The notes: generated from the sequence alone by a model not told the origin. A stretch of DNA of 64,000 bases from Dehalococcoidia bacterium (GCA_050011565.1 JBEKIW010000001.1:448001-512000), one strand, 5' to 3'; positions 8,182-18,937 are shown, counted from the first letter of the stretch. Program-made: numbers and translations.

Positions 8182-10156
8182 GTTAGCATCGATCGATATC
8201 TTCCAAGAAGGCAAGAAAAAGGAAACCTTCATCGGACGGCCCTTCTATCTTGATTACAATAAAGCCTGCCTTTTAGTTGCTGATTCATGGAAAAGGAAAG
8301 TCGGTGGCATACCTCAAGGAGCTTTTTTGCTTGCTTTCTACGAGAACGAGGAGAACGTGTCTGAGGCCCTGCTTCTGAGAGCTCTCGGCCCCACTAAGTT
8401 ACCAACTGATAGTGACGTAGTTAGCTCAATGATTGAGTACTATAAAGACAACACCAAAACCGCCGGTAAGGAGACTCAGCTCGATGACTTTACTCGCTAT
8501 GAATTCAGCTTTTCTGGACTTGAGTGCCGCGCTCTCGGCACATTTTACAAAGACCGCAAAGACAACACTACCTTCGGTGCCGATGTAGAGAACTTCTACA
8601 GTGCGCACAACTACAGTGTGTACAAGCCAACTGGTAATATCTTGGAGGTAATATCCAATTTGCGCGACGCGGCTTATATCCCGGGTAACCCTGCCGATGT
8701 TAGGCTCGGCAGAGTAAGGTACAGCTCAAGCCAGAGATTCCAAGAAAAGGAAGACGATGTGCCAGTCTATGTCAGCCCAAAAGATTTTCTAGGTAAAAGA
8801 ACAGCCCTATTCGGTATGACCAGAACTGGCAAATCCAATACAGTTAAGAAAATAATACAGGCCACAGTAGACATTAGCCAGAAGGCGAAGTCTAAGCTAG
8901 CTGAGGGGGCCAAGGATGTTCAAGATAACCTTGATCCATTTATTGATGATGGATCACCAAAATATCCGGTAGGGCAAATAATTTTTGATATGAACGGTGA
9001 ATACGCTAATGCTAACCTGCAAGATGCCGGTACTGCGATCTTTGAACTTTACAAGCAAGATGTTATCAGATATAGCGTGTTAGAAAAGCCAGATTTCAAG
9101 GTAATGAAGACAAATTTTTACACCGATATATTGGCGGGGTTCGATTTAGTCAAATCTTACATTCAGTACGATGCGGGGGATTATGTCAAAAGCTTCACAT
9201 CCATAGATTTGCAAGAACCAGAAGACAAGCAGGATTTCTCAGCCTCAACTAGATATGAGCGAAAAGTAGCAGCATATCTCTGTTGCCTCTATCAGGCTGG
9301 ATTTAAGGCTCCAAAAGACTTTAAAGTCAAATTTAGCGGTAACAAAGAGCTACAAGCAATCGCACCAAGTGATCCGGAAAAGGGTATGACACTGCCCGAA
9401 GCGGCAGGTTGGTTTAGCAACGTTTGGGACGAATATGATGATTTCCAGTTTTTCGCCGATTATAAGAAAAAGTCGGGCCACGAGTGGGCGGATGAGGATC
9501 TCAAAGCAATCCTAATTTTCCTGTCAAGGAAAACCAAGCCAGGCGGAAACCCCACAGTCAGTGGCTATAAAAAACTGAGAGGTATAATCAACCTACACAC
9601 ACAAACGGTAGAAAAACCTTTCCAAAAAGACATAAAGGATTCCTTACGGGAAGGTAAAATAGTCATCATTGATTTATCACAAGGCGAGCCGGACATCCAA
9701 CGTCTCTATTCTGAAAGAATCTGTGCAGAGATATTTCAGGACGCCATGCAGAGATTTACTAGCAATAAGCCCAACAACTTTCTCCAATTCTATTTTGAAG
9801 AGGCACATAACCTTTTCCCAAGGAAAGAGGACAAAGATCTAAGCCAGATATATAATCGGCTGGCAAAAGAAGGCGCTAAACTGAATCTGGGCTTAATTTA
9901 TGCAACGCAGGAAGTTAGCTCAATTAGCCCTAATATTTTGAAAAATACGCAGAACTGGTTTATCGCGCATCTGAATAACGAGGATGAGCTTAGAGAAATC
10001 AGAAAATATTATGACTTCTCAGATTTCGCAGAAAGCCTAATCAGGTTCAATGCGAGTACCGACAAGGGATTTGTACGTATGAAAACATATTCAAATCCTT
10101 TTGTTGTTCCAGTTCAAATAGATAGATTCATTGTCAAAAAGGAGAATCTTCAATAA
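8156..10156 (+). CDS. herA: HerA/DUF87 family ATPase (DNA translocase)
   Basis: Walker A FGMTRTGKS, IIFDMNGEY, Walker B FYFEEAHN, RLAKEGAK..L..ATQ. Confidence 0.88.
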   Translation: MNVPGTILKLASIDIFQEGKKKETFIGRPFYLDYNKACLLVADSWKRKVGGIPQGAFLLAFYENEENVSEALLLRALGPTKLPTDSDVVSSMIEYYKDNTKTAGKETQLDDFTRYEFSFSGLECRALGTFYKDRKDNTTFGADVENFYSAHNYSVYKPTGNILEVISNLRDAAYIPGNPADVRLGRVRYSSSQRFQEKEDDVPVYVSPKDFLGKRTALFGMTRTGKSNTVKKIIQATVDISQKAKSKLAEGAKDVQDNLDPFIDDGSPKYPVGQIIFDMNGEYANANLQDAGTAIFELYKQDVIRYSVLEKPDFKVMKTNFYTDILAGFDLVKSYIQYDAGDYVKSFTSIDLQEPEDKQDFSASTRYERKVAAYLCCLYQAGFKAPKDFKVKFSGNKELQAIAPSDPEKGMTLPEAAGWFSNVWDEYDDFQFFADYKKKSGHEWADEDLKAILIFLSRKTKPGGNPTVSGYKKLRGIINLHTQTVEKPFQKDIKDSLREGKIVIIDLSQGEPDIQRLYSERICAEIFQDAMQRFTSNKPNNFLQFYFEEAHNLFPRKEDKDLSQIYNRLAKEGAKLNLGLIYATQEVSSISPNILKNTQNWFIAHLNNEDELREIRKYYDFSDFAESLIRFNASTDKGFVRMKTYSNPFVVPVQIDRFIVKKENLQ

Positions 10157-11518
10157 ATGGGATATAGCAGTAGAAGAGGTCGCAGACCACAAGAAAATGC
10201 CAGCAAGTCATCTCATAGCTACATTGTCAATGACCCCACTGTTATTGATTTTCTCCACAAGTGTGATCTGCCAAAGATGGCAGCAGAGATTTCGCTTCCA
10301 CAAGTTCTCAAATCCAAAGTTGAAAATGTTAACAAGAATCCGATTAACTATGTTATTGCGATCGATGGGGGATATTCCGAGGTCTTCGTAAGAAAGGAAT
10401 TTCCATCTTCTACCATCACTTTCTTTCAATTCGGAGTGCTCGCATTCAATGTTACCGACTTGGAGGATCTAGGGGAACAACCGTTTATTGATCCCGAAGA
10501 TATAGCGAAGTTAAAGAACATACAGAGGCTAAAACTGACCATCCCAACAAAGAATATTAGTTTGACGGGCGAGAAGTCATTGACAGATTCTGTTAGAAGA
10601 GCACTTTATGACTTCTTTAAAGCAAAGGTAGAGGGAGAACAGCTCCTAAAGACGCTAAAATGGTTCATATTTAATGAATATCAAACACCCTCCTCGCAGT
10701 GGAATCTGGCCACTTGCCCTAATATCCAGTCAGATCTGCATAACGTCCTGCTTGACAAAAACAAGATGCAAAGTGATTTCACTTTTACTTGCGAAAAGTG
10801 CGGAGAGAGGATATTCCTCACTGATGTTTTTCGACTTCACGAAGCAATCGATGACGAGCTCGGAGCAGGCGGCATACTCGGCTACACTACGGTGCTCATT
10901 GAACAAATGCTGCTTGTTCACTTGCTTAAGGTTATTCTCAATACCAAACCTTCTCTGTTAAATGAGATTATCTTCATCAAAGATGGGCCATTGGCTTTTT
11001 TTGGACAGACAGCGAACATGCACAAGCCTATGAGGCAACTGGCCAATTTCCTCCTCGGGAAATATAACTTGTACCTGGCCGGGCTTGAGAAGAGTGGTTC
11101 TTTTGTCGACCATGCTGATGAAATAGCCAATAAGCTTGAACTGGGCGAGGTACTCCTGCTTAACAATGAGTATATCTATAAATACATTATTCCTAGCAAT
11201 GCGGATACAAGCGCCCCCTATGCAAGATCATCTTATTACGGAGGAAAACTCATATATAAAGCTAGAAGTGGTGGAATTTATGTTGTGACAGTCCCGGTGA
11301 AAGACGAGAAAGTTGTATTATCTCCAAGCCGGAAGGATTTTCAAAACTTAGATATTATATTGAGTAATATAGAAAAACTCAGATGCGATATGTATGATTC
11401 TGCGCTTATTCCAGTGGCCTTAGTGAATAAACTTGTTTCATTAGCGGACCACCCAAGTTCAGCCATTCTCGAAAGATTTGCTAAAGCGGGAGTAGGAGCA
11501 CCCAGAGTGGTCAATTAA
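10157..11518 (+). CDS. nurA: NurA family nuclease
   Basis: VIAIDGG and IKDGPL acidic motifs, GLEKSG, IPVAL; starts immediately after the herA stop. Confidence 0.8.
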   Translation: MGYSSRRGRRPQENASKSSHSYIVNDPTVIDFLHKCDLPKMAAEISLPQVLKSKVENVNKNPINYVIAIDGGYSEVFVRKEFPSSTITFFQFGVLAFNVTDLEDLGEQPFIDPEDIAKLKNIQRLKLTIPTKNISLTGEKSLTDSVRRALYDFFKAKVEGEQLLKTLKWFIFNEYQTPSSQWNLATCPNIQSDLHNVLLDKNKMQSDFTFTCEKCGERIFLTDVFRLHEAIDDELGAGGILGYTTVLIEQMLLVHLLKVILNTKPSLLNEIIFIKDGPLAFFGQTANMHKPMRQLANFLLGKYNLYLAGLEKSGSFVDHADEIANKLELGEVLLLNNEYIYKYIIPSNADTSAPYARSSYYGGKLIYKARSGGIYVVTVPVKDEKVVLSPSRKDFQNLDIILSNIEKLRCDMYDSALIPVALVNKLVSLADHPSSAILERFAKAGVGAPRVVN

Positions 11519-11801
11519 CTTGAGAATTTTGCCTCAAAAGTGGTCATTTATCTTGAGAATCGACACAATCCACGGTATTGCCATTACAACATGACAGTTG
11601 TGAGAATATGCCGACTTCGACGGGATGGGAGTGATCAGGACAAAGAGAAGTTGTCTTATCGGGATGGGTATTGGAACACATTCTGACGAAAAGTGCAGAC
11701 TGTACCACTTATTTGTGGTTGAGACGATGAAGAGTCTGACTCCATCGGAAACTCAGGGTTATGGCGCGACTAGGTCGATACAACAAGCTGAGGCACACCA
11801 A

Positions 11802-14438
11802 TCACTTGGCCCAGACAATCTCTTTGGCCGCCCCAATATTACTGTATCGGCCTGGCACACAGGTGAAAATCACAATCTGGCATTCCTTTGCCGCTTTGGC
11901 TAGTACGGCGCCCATCAGGGACAATCTTTCCGGATCAGTATAGCCAAGTGTATCGTCGACAATTACTGGAGCACCACCATCTGTGGCTACTATCATCGCG
12001 CACGCCAAGCGAAAGATTAGCGAAAGCTGCTCCTTTGTTCCCCCACTCAAGCTATCGAAACCAACCGTGATATTATTCAATGTGCGGCTGACTATTTGTA
12101 GATCGTCACTTATCTCTACCTGAAAGGTATGGTCGAAAACTAGGCGACCTAGTGCCTCAATCCTCTCCCTAAGCGGTGCGACATAAGCGTGACGTGCCCT
12201 GTCACGTTCCTCAGACATAGTCCTATAGAGCAGATTTGCAGCTTCCGCCCGTTTGGCTAACGACGCGTTTTCATGTTCAGCGCGCGAGAGCGCAGTCCGA
12301 GCAACGCCTAATTTATCATAGAGGCCATCCTCTCCGTTGATCTTGAGGCGAGTAGTTACCTCTGTTAGCTCTTTTTCTGTCTTTTTCATCTGTTGCTGTA
12401 TTCTGGTTAATGACTCTCTGGCCGTCTTATCAAGTTCCCTTTCCTGCTCCGGGTTGAGCACTCCGAGCGTTGCCTCGGCATCTTTAACGTCGGTCTCTGC
12501 CTTTGCCAACACCTTTACTGCGCTTTCGAGTGCTACACTGACCCCTTCATCGGGCACAGTCGCTCTCTCTTCTTCCAACGTTTTCTCAAGGCCGACCAAA
12601 TGCTGCTTTTGATGCTCCCACACAGATCGCGCTTCTATGTAGTCTCCATTCCGGCGTTCACATAGTTTTTTTACCTCATCGAAGGCTGCCTTTGCCTCGT
12701 TCCATTCTGTTTCAAGACCGTGCTGCTTCTTCTCCAATCTCGCCAATTCGGTTTTTGTTAGATCAGAGCTATCCAATATTGATGGCTCTGACACCCGCGC
12801 GGGCAGATAAGCTGGCACGGTCTGCTGTAATCTCAACAGTCGGCCTGCCAACTCGTCATAAGAAAGGTCCCGCAGATTATCCTTCTCAACCCGCCTCATT
12901 TCCGCGATCTGTCTAGAGGCCTCTTGCCTTTCCTGAAAAGCCTCTCGTGCCTTATCTGCACCAGTAATCCCCAGAGAGGCGCAGACCTCGCTTAGCTTCG
13001 CCTCGGCATCCTCAACCTTCTTTGAAAGCGTGTCAACACTGGAACCGGCTGTTATCTCCATCTCCAATTTATCGGGCACGACTAAATTGACCTTGTCAGG
13101 TACCTGAAAGGAAAGCTCTTTCCCTTGTCCCAATTTGACGGTGGTGCCATCTTTGATCAACCTGCATTCTTGTAATCCGCGCAACAAGACAGCAGGAGCC
13201 TTAGCTTCTCGTTTTGCCCTTGCGGTTATTACTTCGGCCTGAGCCGCCTCAATGGCCCGAAGAGCTTCTTCGTCAACCCTATTTGTTGCTAGAATTGCCT
13301 GTGAGTGAGCGGCCATCTCCCTTGCTCGGTCAACACGATCCTTACGTTCTTGCAGTAGTTCAAGGTCAAGCTTGGCACGAAAATAGTCATAGTCGCGCCG
13401 CCGCAAATCGGTCAACTCACGGATTTCTTTCAGCTTTCTTTCGGCGGCATTGCAAGCTGTCTCTGCCGTTTTGGACTCGTCCCTGGCTTGGTTGAGTGAA
13501 GCAAGCCTCGAATCTGTAGATTTGCCCATTTCAGCTTCCGCCTTGGTAGCATCCGAGACCTTGTTGACAAGCTCTTCGCGCGCTCTCTTATCCGCGCGTG
13601 CTGCCTTTTCCGAGACCTTTGCCACTTGCAGGTTAAGCCTCGCCTCCGAGAGACGCTGATCCAGTTCGGTTATCTGTTTGAGTTTGTCTGAGCGGTTTTC
13701 CAATTCGTTCGCAATCGTCTGCTCAGAGTATTCGAGCTCACCTAATTCCCGTCTGAGATCACTAGCTCGATCGATATCATGCTCGAGGTCACGCAGCGCC
13801 TCTTCAAACTTCTGAACTTCCGATTGGCAATCTGATAATGCCTGGCGACATTCCTCCAGCTCTTTCTTCTCGGCTCCTCCTGGAGTGAAATAGTTTGAGT
13901 ACTCCGCATGAACCGCTTCGAAGAGGCTTTCAGCTTTCGGATCAGTCGAATGTCCGCCAGCTGCCCGATCTAGTGCTTGAGAAAGCCAAGTCTGCTCTGT
14001 AAGTTTTGGCTGCTTAATCTCTGCGCCTTGCCTAATGCTCAAAGCTTTCCAAAGATTGACGTCCAAGGTTCCCCTAAGTATTGCGTCTGCGCGCTCGTGG
14101 GCTCGCCTGCCGGTCAGACTCTCGGCTTTTGGCTTGGTAATGGTGAGCCTGGTCTCCGGTTTCTTGAAATAACGCTTAAAGTACGTGAACTGATAGGGGC
14201 CGCTCTCCGCCTCTAGTTCGATCTCTGTCCCTTCGTCGCGATGAACCGGCCTGATGGCCATGAGATCGCTGTGCTTGCTAGAATCCGCATATCCAAAGAG
14301 AATCCAGACTGCCTCCCCTAAACTGGTTTTTCCTATCTCATTGGGGCCTCTAACCAGAGTGATACCGGTTCCGGCGAATTCTGCCTCACGCTCGGAAACG
14401 CCCCTATAATTGGCAATCCGCAAACGGACATATCTCAT
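11802..14438 (-). CDS. Rad50/SbcC-like SMC ATPase (Rv1278/YhaN-like)
   Basis: Walker A GPNEIGKT, long coiled coil, signature LSGGTKEQ, Walker B/D-loop IVDDTLGYTD. Confidence 0.9.
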   Translation of the reverse strand: MRYVRLRIANYRGVSEREAEFAGTGITLVRGPNEIGKTSLGEAVWILFGYADSSKHSDLMAIRPVHRDEGTEIELEAESGPYQFTYFKRYFKKPETRLTITKPKAESLTGRRAHERADAILRGTLDVNLWKALSIRQGAEIKQPKLTEQTWLSQALDRAAGGHSTDPKAESLFEAVHAEYSNYFTPGGAEKKELEECRQALSDCQSEVQKFEEALRDLEHDIDRASDLRRELGELEYSEQTIANELENRSDKLKQITELDQRLSEARLNLQVAKVSEKAARADKRAREELVNKVSDATKAEAEMGKSTDSRLASLNQARDESKTAETACNAAERKLKEIRELTDLRRRDYDYFRAKLDLELLQERKDRVDRAREMAAHSQAILATNRVDEEALRAIEAAQAEVITARAKREAKAPAVLLRGLQECRLIKDGTTVKLGQGKELSFQVPDKVNLVVPDKLEMEITAGSSVDTLSKKVEDAEAKLSEVCASLGITGADKAREAFQERQEASRQIAEMRRVEKDNLRDLSYDELAGRLLRLQQTVPAYLPARVSEPSILDSSDLTKTELARLEKKQHGLETEWNEAKAAFDEVKKLCERRNGDYIEARSVWEHQKQHLVGLEKTLEEERATVPDEGVSVALESAVKVLAKAETDVKDAEATLGVLNPEQERELDKTARESLTRIQQQMKKTEKELTEVTTRLKINGEDGLYDKLGVARTALSRAEHENASLAKRAEAANLLYRTMSEERDRARHAYVAPLRERIEALGRLVFDHTFQVEISDDLQIVSRTLNNITVGFDSLSGGTKEQLSLIFRLACAMIVATDGGAPVIVDDTLGYTDPERLSLMGAVLAKAAKECQIVIFTCVPGRYSNIGAAKEIVWAK

Positions 14439-15565
14439 GACAGACCACCACTCAACCTAACCAGCAACGCAAGCGCGTCGCGGGCGGTTCTCTTCTCCAT
14501 TCCCTCCCCGACCATCTTTTCACGCAATTGCCTTACGGTCGCTTCAGCGAACCCGGAGAAATTAAGGCCGGAGAAATCTGCATCGTTCGGCAAAACTAAC
14601 AACTCATCATCACTCATTTGAAAAGACGCGAATACGTCGCCGATGGTAGCCAGAAATTGCCGCAGGATCGCCTCCTGGGTGAGGGAAATAGACCCCACTA
14701 GGTTCAGCCGGAGTACCGTCAGTTCCTTTCGGTCTATGCTTTCCAGCATGCTTCGCAACGCCTCGATGTCCTCGGAGCAGTTGATATCAACGCGATTCTT
14801 CTCGACAAAGCGCCACTGACCGACTGGGGCAGGTGTCGCAATCACTTTATCGCCATCCAATTCAACAATTTGTACATAGCCAGTCTCACCTTCCCCGAAG
14901 TCCGTAACCTCTGGCGTGCCAGAATACCAGATACGCTCACCCTCACCGATCTTAGTGCGTGAATGGCGGTCACCCAACGCCACAAAGGAGGCCTTTCTCT
15001 CTTCGATGACACGCTCTAGACTATCTGCCGTAAGTACCCCAAGGTCATCCTTTCTGGGTGTAAACAAATCGACAATACCGTGCGCCAAGATAATCCGGGT
15101 GACGCCAGTTAGTGGTTCAAGTGACTTCGTCGCTTCGTAAAATGGGTTCACTGGCATGCGCTTTGACAGCCATGGGGCCCCAACCAGTTCGACGTTGTGA
15201 TCCGCTTGGATCGGGGTTGCATCGCTAATCACATTGACGTTAGCCGGTTTCCCTTGCACAAAGCTCTTGGAGGAATAGACCGAGGCCTCATTCAGGGGAT
15301 CATGATTACCGGGCAGAATCCAGACGGGGAGTGGGACTTCCTTGAGCGCCTCAAGGGCACGCGCAACCGTTTTTCGGTCTACCTGGTTGGATTCAAACGC
15401 ATCTCCGCAGACTACTACGAACTGGCAATTAGATTCCGTTGCAATTTTGCCGAGCGTGCGGATCGCATCAAAGCGTGCCTGGTTGAAACGCTCCTGAGCC
15501 CCCTCGGAGAACAAGTAGCGAGTCATGCCAAGCTGCCAATCGCTTGTGTGGAGGAAACGAACCAT
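14435..15565 (-). CDS. Mre11/SbcD-like DNA repair exonuclease (Rv1277-like)
   Basis: FLHTSDWQLG, CGDAFE, PGNHD, LAHG, ALGDRHS, YSGTPE; 4-nt overlap with the SMC gene. Confidence 0.9.
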   Translation of the reverse strand: MVRFLHTSDWQLGMTRYLFSEGAQERFNQARFDAIRTLGKIATESNCQFVVVCGDAFESNQVDRKTVARALEALKEVPLPVWILPGNHDPLNEASVYSSKSFVQGKPANVNVISDATPIQADHNVELVGAPWLSKRMPVNPFYEATKSLEPLTGVTRIILAHGIVDLFTPRKDDLGVLTADSLERVIEERKASFVALGDRHSRTKIGEGERIWYSGTPEVTDFGEGETGYVQIVELDGDKVIATPAPVGQWRFVEKNRVDINCSEDIEALRSMLESIDRKELTVLRLNLVGSISLTQEAILRQFLATIGDVFASFQMSDDELLVLPNDADFSGLNFSGFAEATVRQLREKMVGEGMEKRTARDALALLVRLSGGLS

Positions 15566-15928
15566 ATCTTACCTCGCCTCCCTAGAACTAACTCGAACTT
15601 CACACGCCTCGAAAAGGGCCCTTTGACACCTGCGTATTATACTCTTTTGTGACTATTGTTCAAAGTCTCCTTTATTGGACTCTGGCCACAATTCATCCCG
15701 ACGAAGCCTTGCACCGGTAATTCTAAATGACGCTCTGCGTAATTTCTGAATGTAGACTGCACATTCCTGACATTTGTTACCTTACTACTACATGATCATT
15801 CGGGACAGATCCCGAACTCCTGTTTGACAAGAGACTTATTCCGTCACCGTTGCGGTTGGTTGTATTTACCTTTTTCCATTAAACACATGAAATGTGTAAA
15901 ATTAAGGTATTTGGGGAGAGATTTCAAA

Positions 15929-16561
15929 ATGGAAGAGGCACATAAACATGCCCGATTAAATGAAAAGAAGTGGGATTCGAGGGCAGAGACATATGATAAA
16001 TTATTTCACCGCTTTTACTTTCATTTCACACAAAAGCGGGTCGTTTCCTTATTAAATCTACATGAAAATCAATGCTTTCTGGATGTGGGTTGTGGCACTG
16101 GCTGGGCAGTACGTTATGCAGCTAGCTTAGTTAAAAACAAAGGGACATTCTATGGTATTGATATTTCATCCAAGATGATAGAGAAAGCAGACAAGAATTG
16201 CGGTGGTTGCGAAAATATCTATTTTTACAAAGCCGATGCTGCGGCTCTCCCCTTTGAAAGCGATTTTTTTGACTTCATCATATGTACCAGTTCATTTCAC
16301 CATTATTTCAACCCTTCCAAAGTGCTAGATGAGGTTTACCGGGTCTTGAAACCCAGAGGAAAGATATATATCGCGGATGTCACTACCGATGGATTTATTA
16401 TGAAGATGGTGGAGAAATGGTTGCAAAAGAAAGAGCCCGAACATATAAAACAATATAGTACTCGAGAGTTTAAGACACTTTTTACTAAGTCAGGACTGAA
16501 CTATATCACAAGCAAATTGATCACACCGCCGATGAAGGTTCATATTGCGGAAAAACATTGA
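15929..16561 (+). CDS. Class I SAM-dependent methyltransferase (UbiE-like)
   Basis: LDVGCGTG, ADAAALPF, SFHHY, RVLKPRG; ATG at 15929 follows GGGGAG. Confidence 0.88.
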   Translation: MEEAHKHARLNEKKWDSRAETYDKLFHRFYFHFTQKRVVSLLNLHENQCFLDVGCGTGWAVRYAASLVKNKGTFYGIDISSKMIEKADKNCGGCENIYFYKADAAALPFESDFFDFIICTSSFHHYFNPSKVLDEVYRVLKPRGKIYIADVTTDGFIMKMVEKWLQKKEPEHIKQYSTREFKTLFTKSGLNYITSKLITPPMKVHIAEKH

Positions 16562-16756
16562 CAGGTGGATTCAGTTCAAAGCAAGCTTTGGACAATACCA
16601 TTGAACGAAAACTCATTTTGTGCACAGTCTCGAGACACCGGTATAACCTTATCAGGTGGATATAGGTGAATAGTTGGCTTGACAGCTAGATTGCACGAGC
16701 TTAAGATAGCCATACCAATTAGCATTGAACCCTCGGCAATGGATGGTAAGGTATTT

Positions 16757-18490
16757 ATGGAGCAGCAGATAGGCTTTTGCACCAGTGCTAATGGTGCCCG
16801 AATTGCCTATGCCACGTTAGGCAATGGGCCAGCGCTAGTTATACCCGCAACGTGGCTCAGCCATCTACAATTGTCTTGGCAGGACCCTGATACACGTCGC
16901 TGTTTTGAAAGGCTGGCAGCCCACCATACCCTGGTGCGCTATGACCAGCGTGGCAGCGGCCTATCAGACCGAAACCGAACTGACTTTACCTTAGAGGCCG
17001 AAGTTAATGACCTGGAAACGGTCATTGACCATCTCAAGCTAAAACGAGTGGCCTTGCTAGGAACTTCTTGTGGCGGACCGACTTCCATAGCTTATGCAAC
17101 CAGATATCCTCGTCGGGTCAGCCATCTGATTCTCTACGGCACGTATGCCAGTGGTCAGGCTGTGGCCATGGAGGAAGTCAGAAAGGCATTTATCTCTCTG
17201 GTAAGAGCCCACTGGGGAATCGGCTCCAAGACCATTGCTGACCTTTTCTTCCCTGGTGCCTCTCCGAGCATAGTAGAACTATTTGCCAAGTTACAGCGCG
17301 AAAGCGCCACCCCAGAGATAGCTGCTGAACTACTGGGCCTGGTATACAAAGTTGATGTTGCCTCGCTCTGCCCCAATCTCCGAGTGCCGACGCTAGTACT
17401 GCATCGCAAAGACGAGAGGGCTATACCGTTCAAAATGGGCAGGGAACTGGCATCCCTGATACCTAATGCCCGCTTTGTCCCGCTTGAAGGAAACCTCCAC
17501 ATTCCATGGTTTGGGGATTCCGAGCCGATACTGCGCGCCATCGCCGAGTTCTTGGGCGACCCGATCACCACTGGGAAGCCAGCGGCGCCGGAACGTGGCG
17601 CAGCCGTTGACGACTCCATCGCAAATGAGGCTAGGTCATTCGTCACTAAGCTTGATTGTGTCGTCTTATCCCGCTATCGCATTGTCGGCAACTATACCAG
17701 ATATGATGAAACCGTGCGCAACACCCTAAAGGACATCCGGCACAAGATTGCAGGCGGCTTCGACCATCCCAGTCGGAAGCGGGAAAACTACCTTATCTGG
17801 GCTGCGCCCGGCAGCGGCAAGACCTATTTCGTCCAGCAGGTAGCTGCCTCACTGCCTCCGGCCGTCCGTTATCAGGAGTGCAATCTGGCTAAATGCAGCC
17901 GCGAAGAGCTTCTCAAAATACTGGCCCAGCTCGATGCCAGGAATAAATCTTGCCTCTGCCTCATCGATGAGGTCGATGCCAAGCCCGATGAAGCCTGGCC
18001 TTACGAGGTGCTCTTACCATACCTGGATGCTGGCGCTGATAGAGACACGCAGTTTGTCTTCGCTTTGGCAGGCAGTTATGGCTCTAGTCTCGTCGAGATG
18101 AAAAAGCAGATTGCTTTACGGCCTAAAGGTGCTGACCTATTAAGTCGCATTCCAGATGGCAACGAATATGAGATCCCACCAATGAATCTTGGAGATAGGC
18201 TGATTGTGGTACTGAACCAGTTCAGACAGGTAGGACGTGAAATGAACCGGGATGTGCAGTCAGTGGAAAAGCTCGGCTTGTATTATGTCGCGCTCAATTC
18301 ACGCTTATCTAATGCTCGCCAACTGCATGAGCTAGCAGTCCGTGCTATCGAGCGCTTACCAACAGGCGAAGACAGGGTGAAATATGATCACCTGTTTGGT
18401 GCCGGAGATCCAGAGAACAAGGCTTTCTGGATGCAGTCGCTCCCCGCTGCTGTAGACCTCGCTAATAGGTTCGTCATGCTAGAGGATTGA
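16757..18490 (+). CDS. Alpha/beta hydrolase fused to an AAA+ type P-loop ATPase
   Basis: RYDQRGSGLSD and GTSCGG in the N-half; AAPGSGKT and CLIDEVD in the C-half. Confidence 0.8.
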   Translation: MEQQIGFCTSANGARIAYATLGNGPALVIPATWLSHLQLSWQDPDTRRCFERLAAHHTLVRYDQRGSGLSDRNRTDFTLEAEVNDLETVIDHLKLKRVALLGTSCGGPTSIAYATRYPRRVSHLILYGTYASGQAVAMEEVRKAFISLVRAHWGIGSKTIADLFFPGASPSIVELFAKLQRESATPEIAAELLGLVYKVDVASLCPNLRVPTLVLHRKDERAIPFKMGRELASLIPNARFVPLEGNLHIPWFGDSEPILRAIAEFLGDPITTGKPAAPERGAAVDDSIANEARSFVTKLDCVVLSRYRIVGNYTRYDETVRNTLKDIRHKIAGGFDHPSRKRENYLIWAAPGSGKTYFVQQVAASLPPAVRYQECNLAKCSREELLKILAQLDARNKSCLCLIDEVDAKPDEAWPYEVLLPYLDAGADRDTQFVFALAGSYGSSLVEMKKQIALRPKGADLLSRIPDGNEYEIPPMNLGDRLIVVLNQFRQVGREMNRDVQSVEKLGLYYVALNSRLSNARQLHELAVRAIERLPTGEDRVKYDHLFGAGDPENKAFWMQSLPAAVDLANRFVMLED

Positions 18491-18780
18491 TCGCGCCTCA
18501 CCAACACCCAACCTCGCACGAAGTAAACAAAACATTAAACAATATAGCGTTTTGTTCAGTCAATCATAAGAGGCAATGAACTATCGGTTAAAGACCTAGG
18601 GTAGTCGTACGCGTGTTGCGTCAAAATAAACTGTTACCGAACAGGACATGGTTGAATTTTTTCCGAATTTCTTCTATAATTTTGTTGATTTGGCTCCTCG
18701 ATGGTGAAAGAACTGCAGGTCGTTAGGGCTATAAAACAGTAGATTTAGCTTCAAATCGGGGAGAAATAACGAGCCACGTT

Positions 18781-18825
18781 TTCGTAAACCGCCGGTCGTC
18801 AGTTCGACTCTGACCGCTGGCTCCA
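18781..18825 (+). pseudogene. 3' half of tRNA-Thr(CGT), att-site remnant
   Basis: TT-CGT-AA loop, T arm GTCAG-TTCGACT-CTGAC, acceptor strand CGCTGGC-T-CCA; no matching 5' half upstream. Confidence 0.8.
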
Positions 18826-18937
18826 TTACGGGTCCAGATTGATGTCAATAAACCCATATTCACCATTTGCATAAAGGTGTTCATCTGGATTGCTTCGGGC
18901 TCTCGCCCTTGCAAAGAGTGTTTCTATCAACCTTAAA

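Noticed and set aside
18740-18825. Intact tRNA-Thr gene
   Set aside because: No GCCAGCG acceptor 5' strand or D arm upstream; only the 3' half is present
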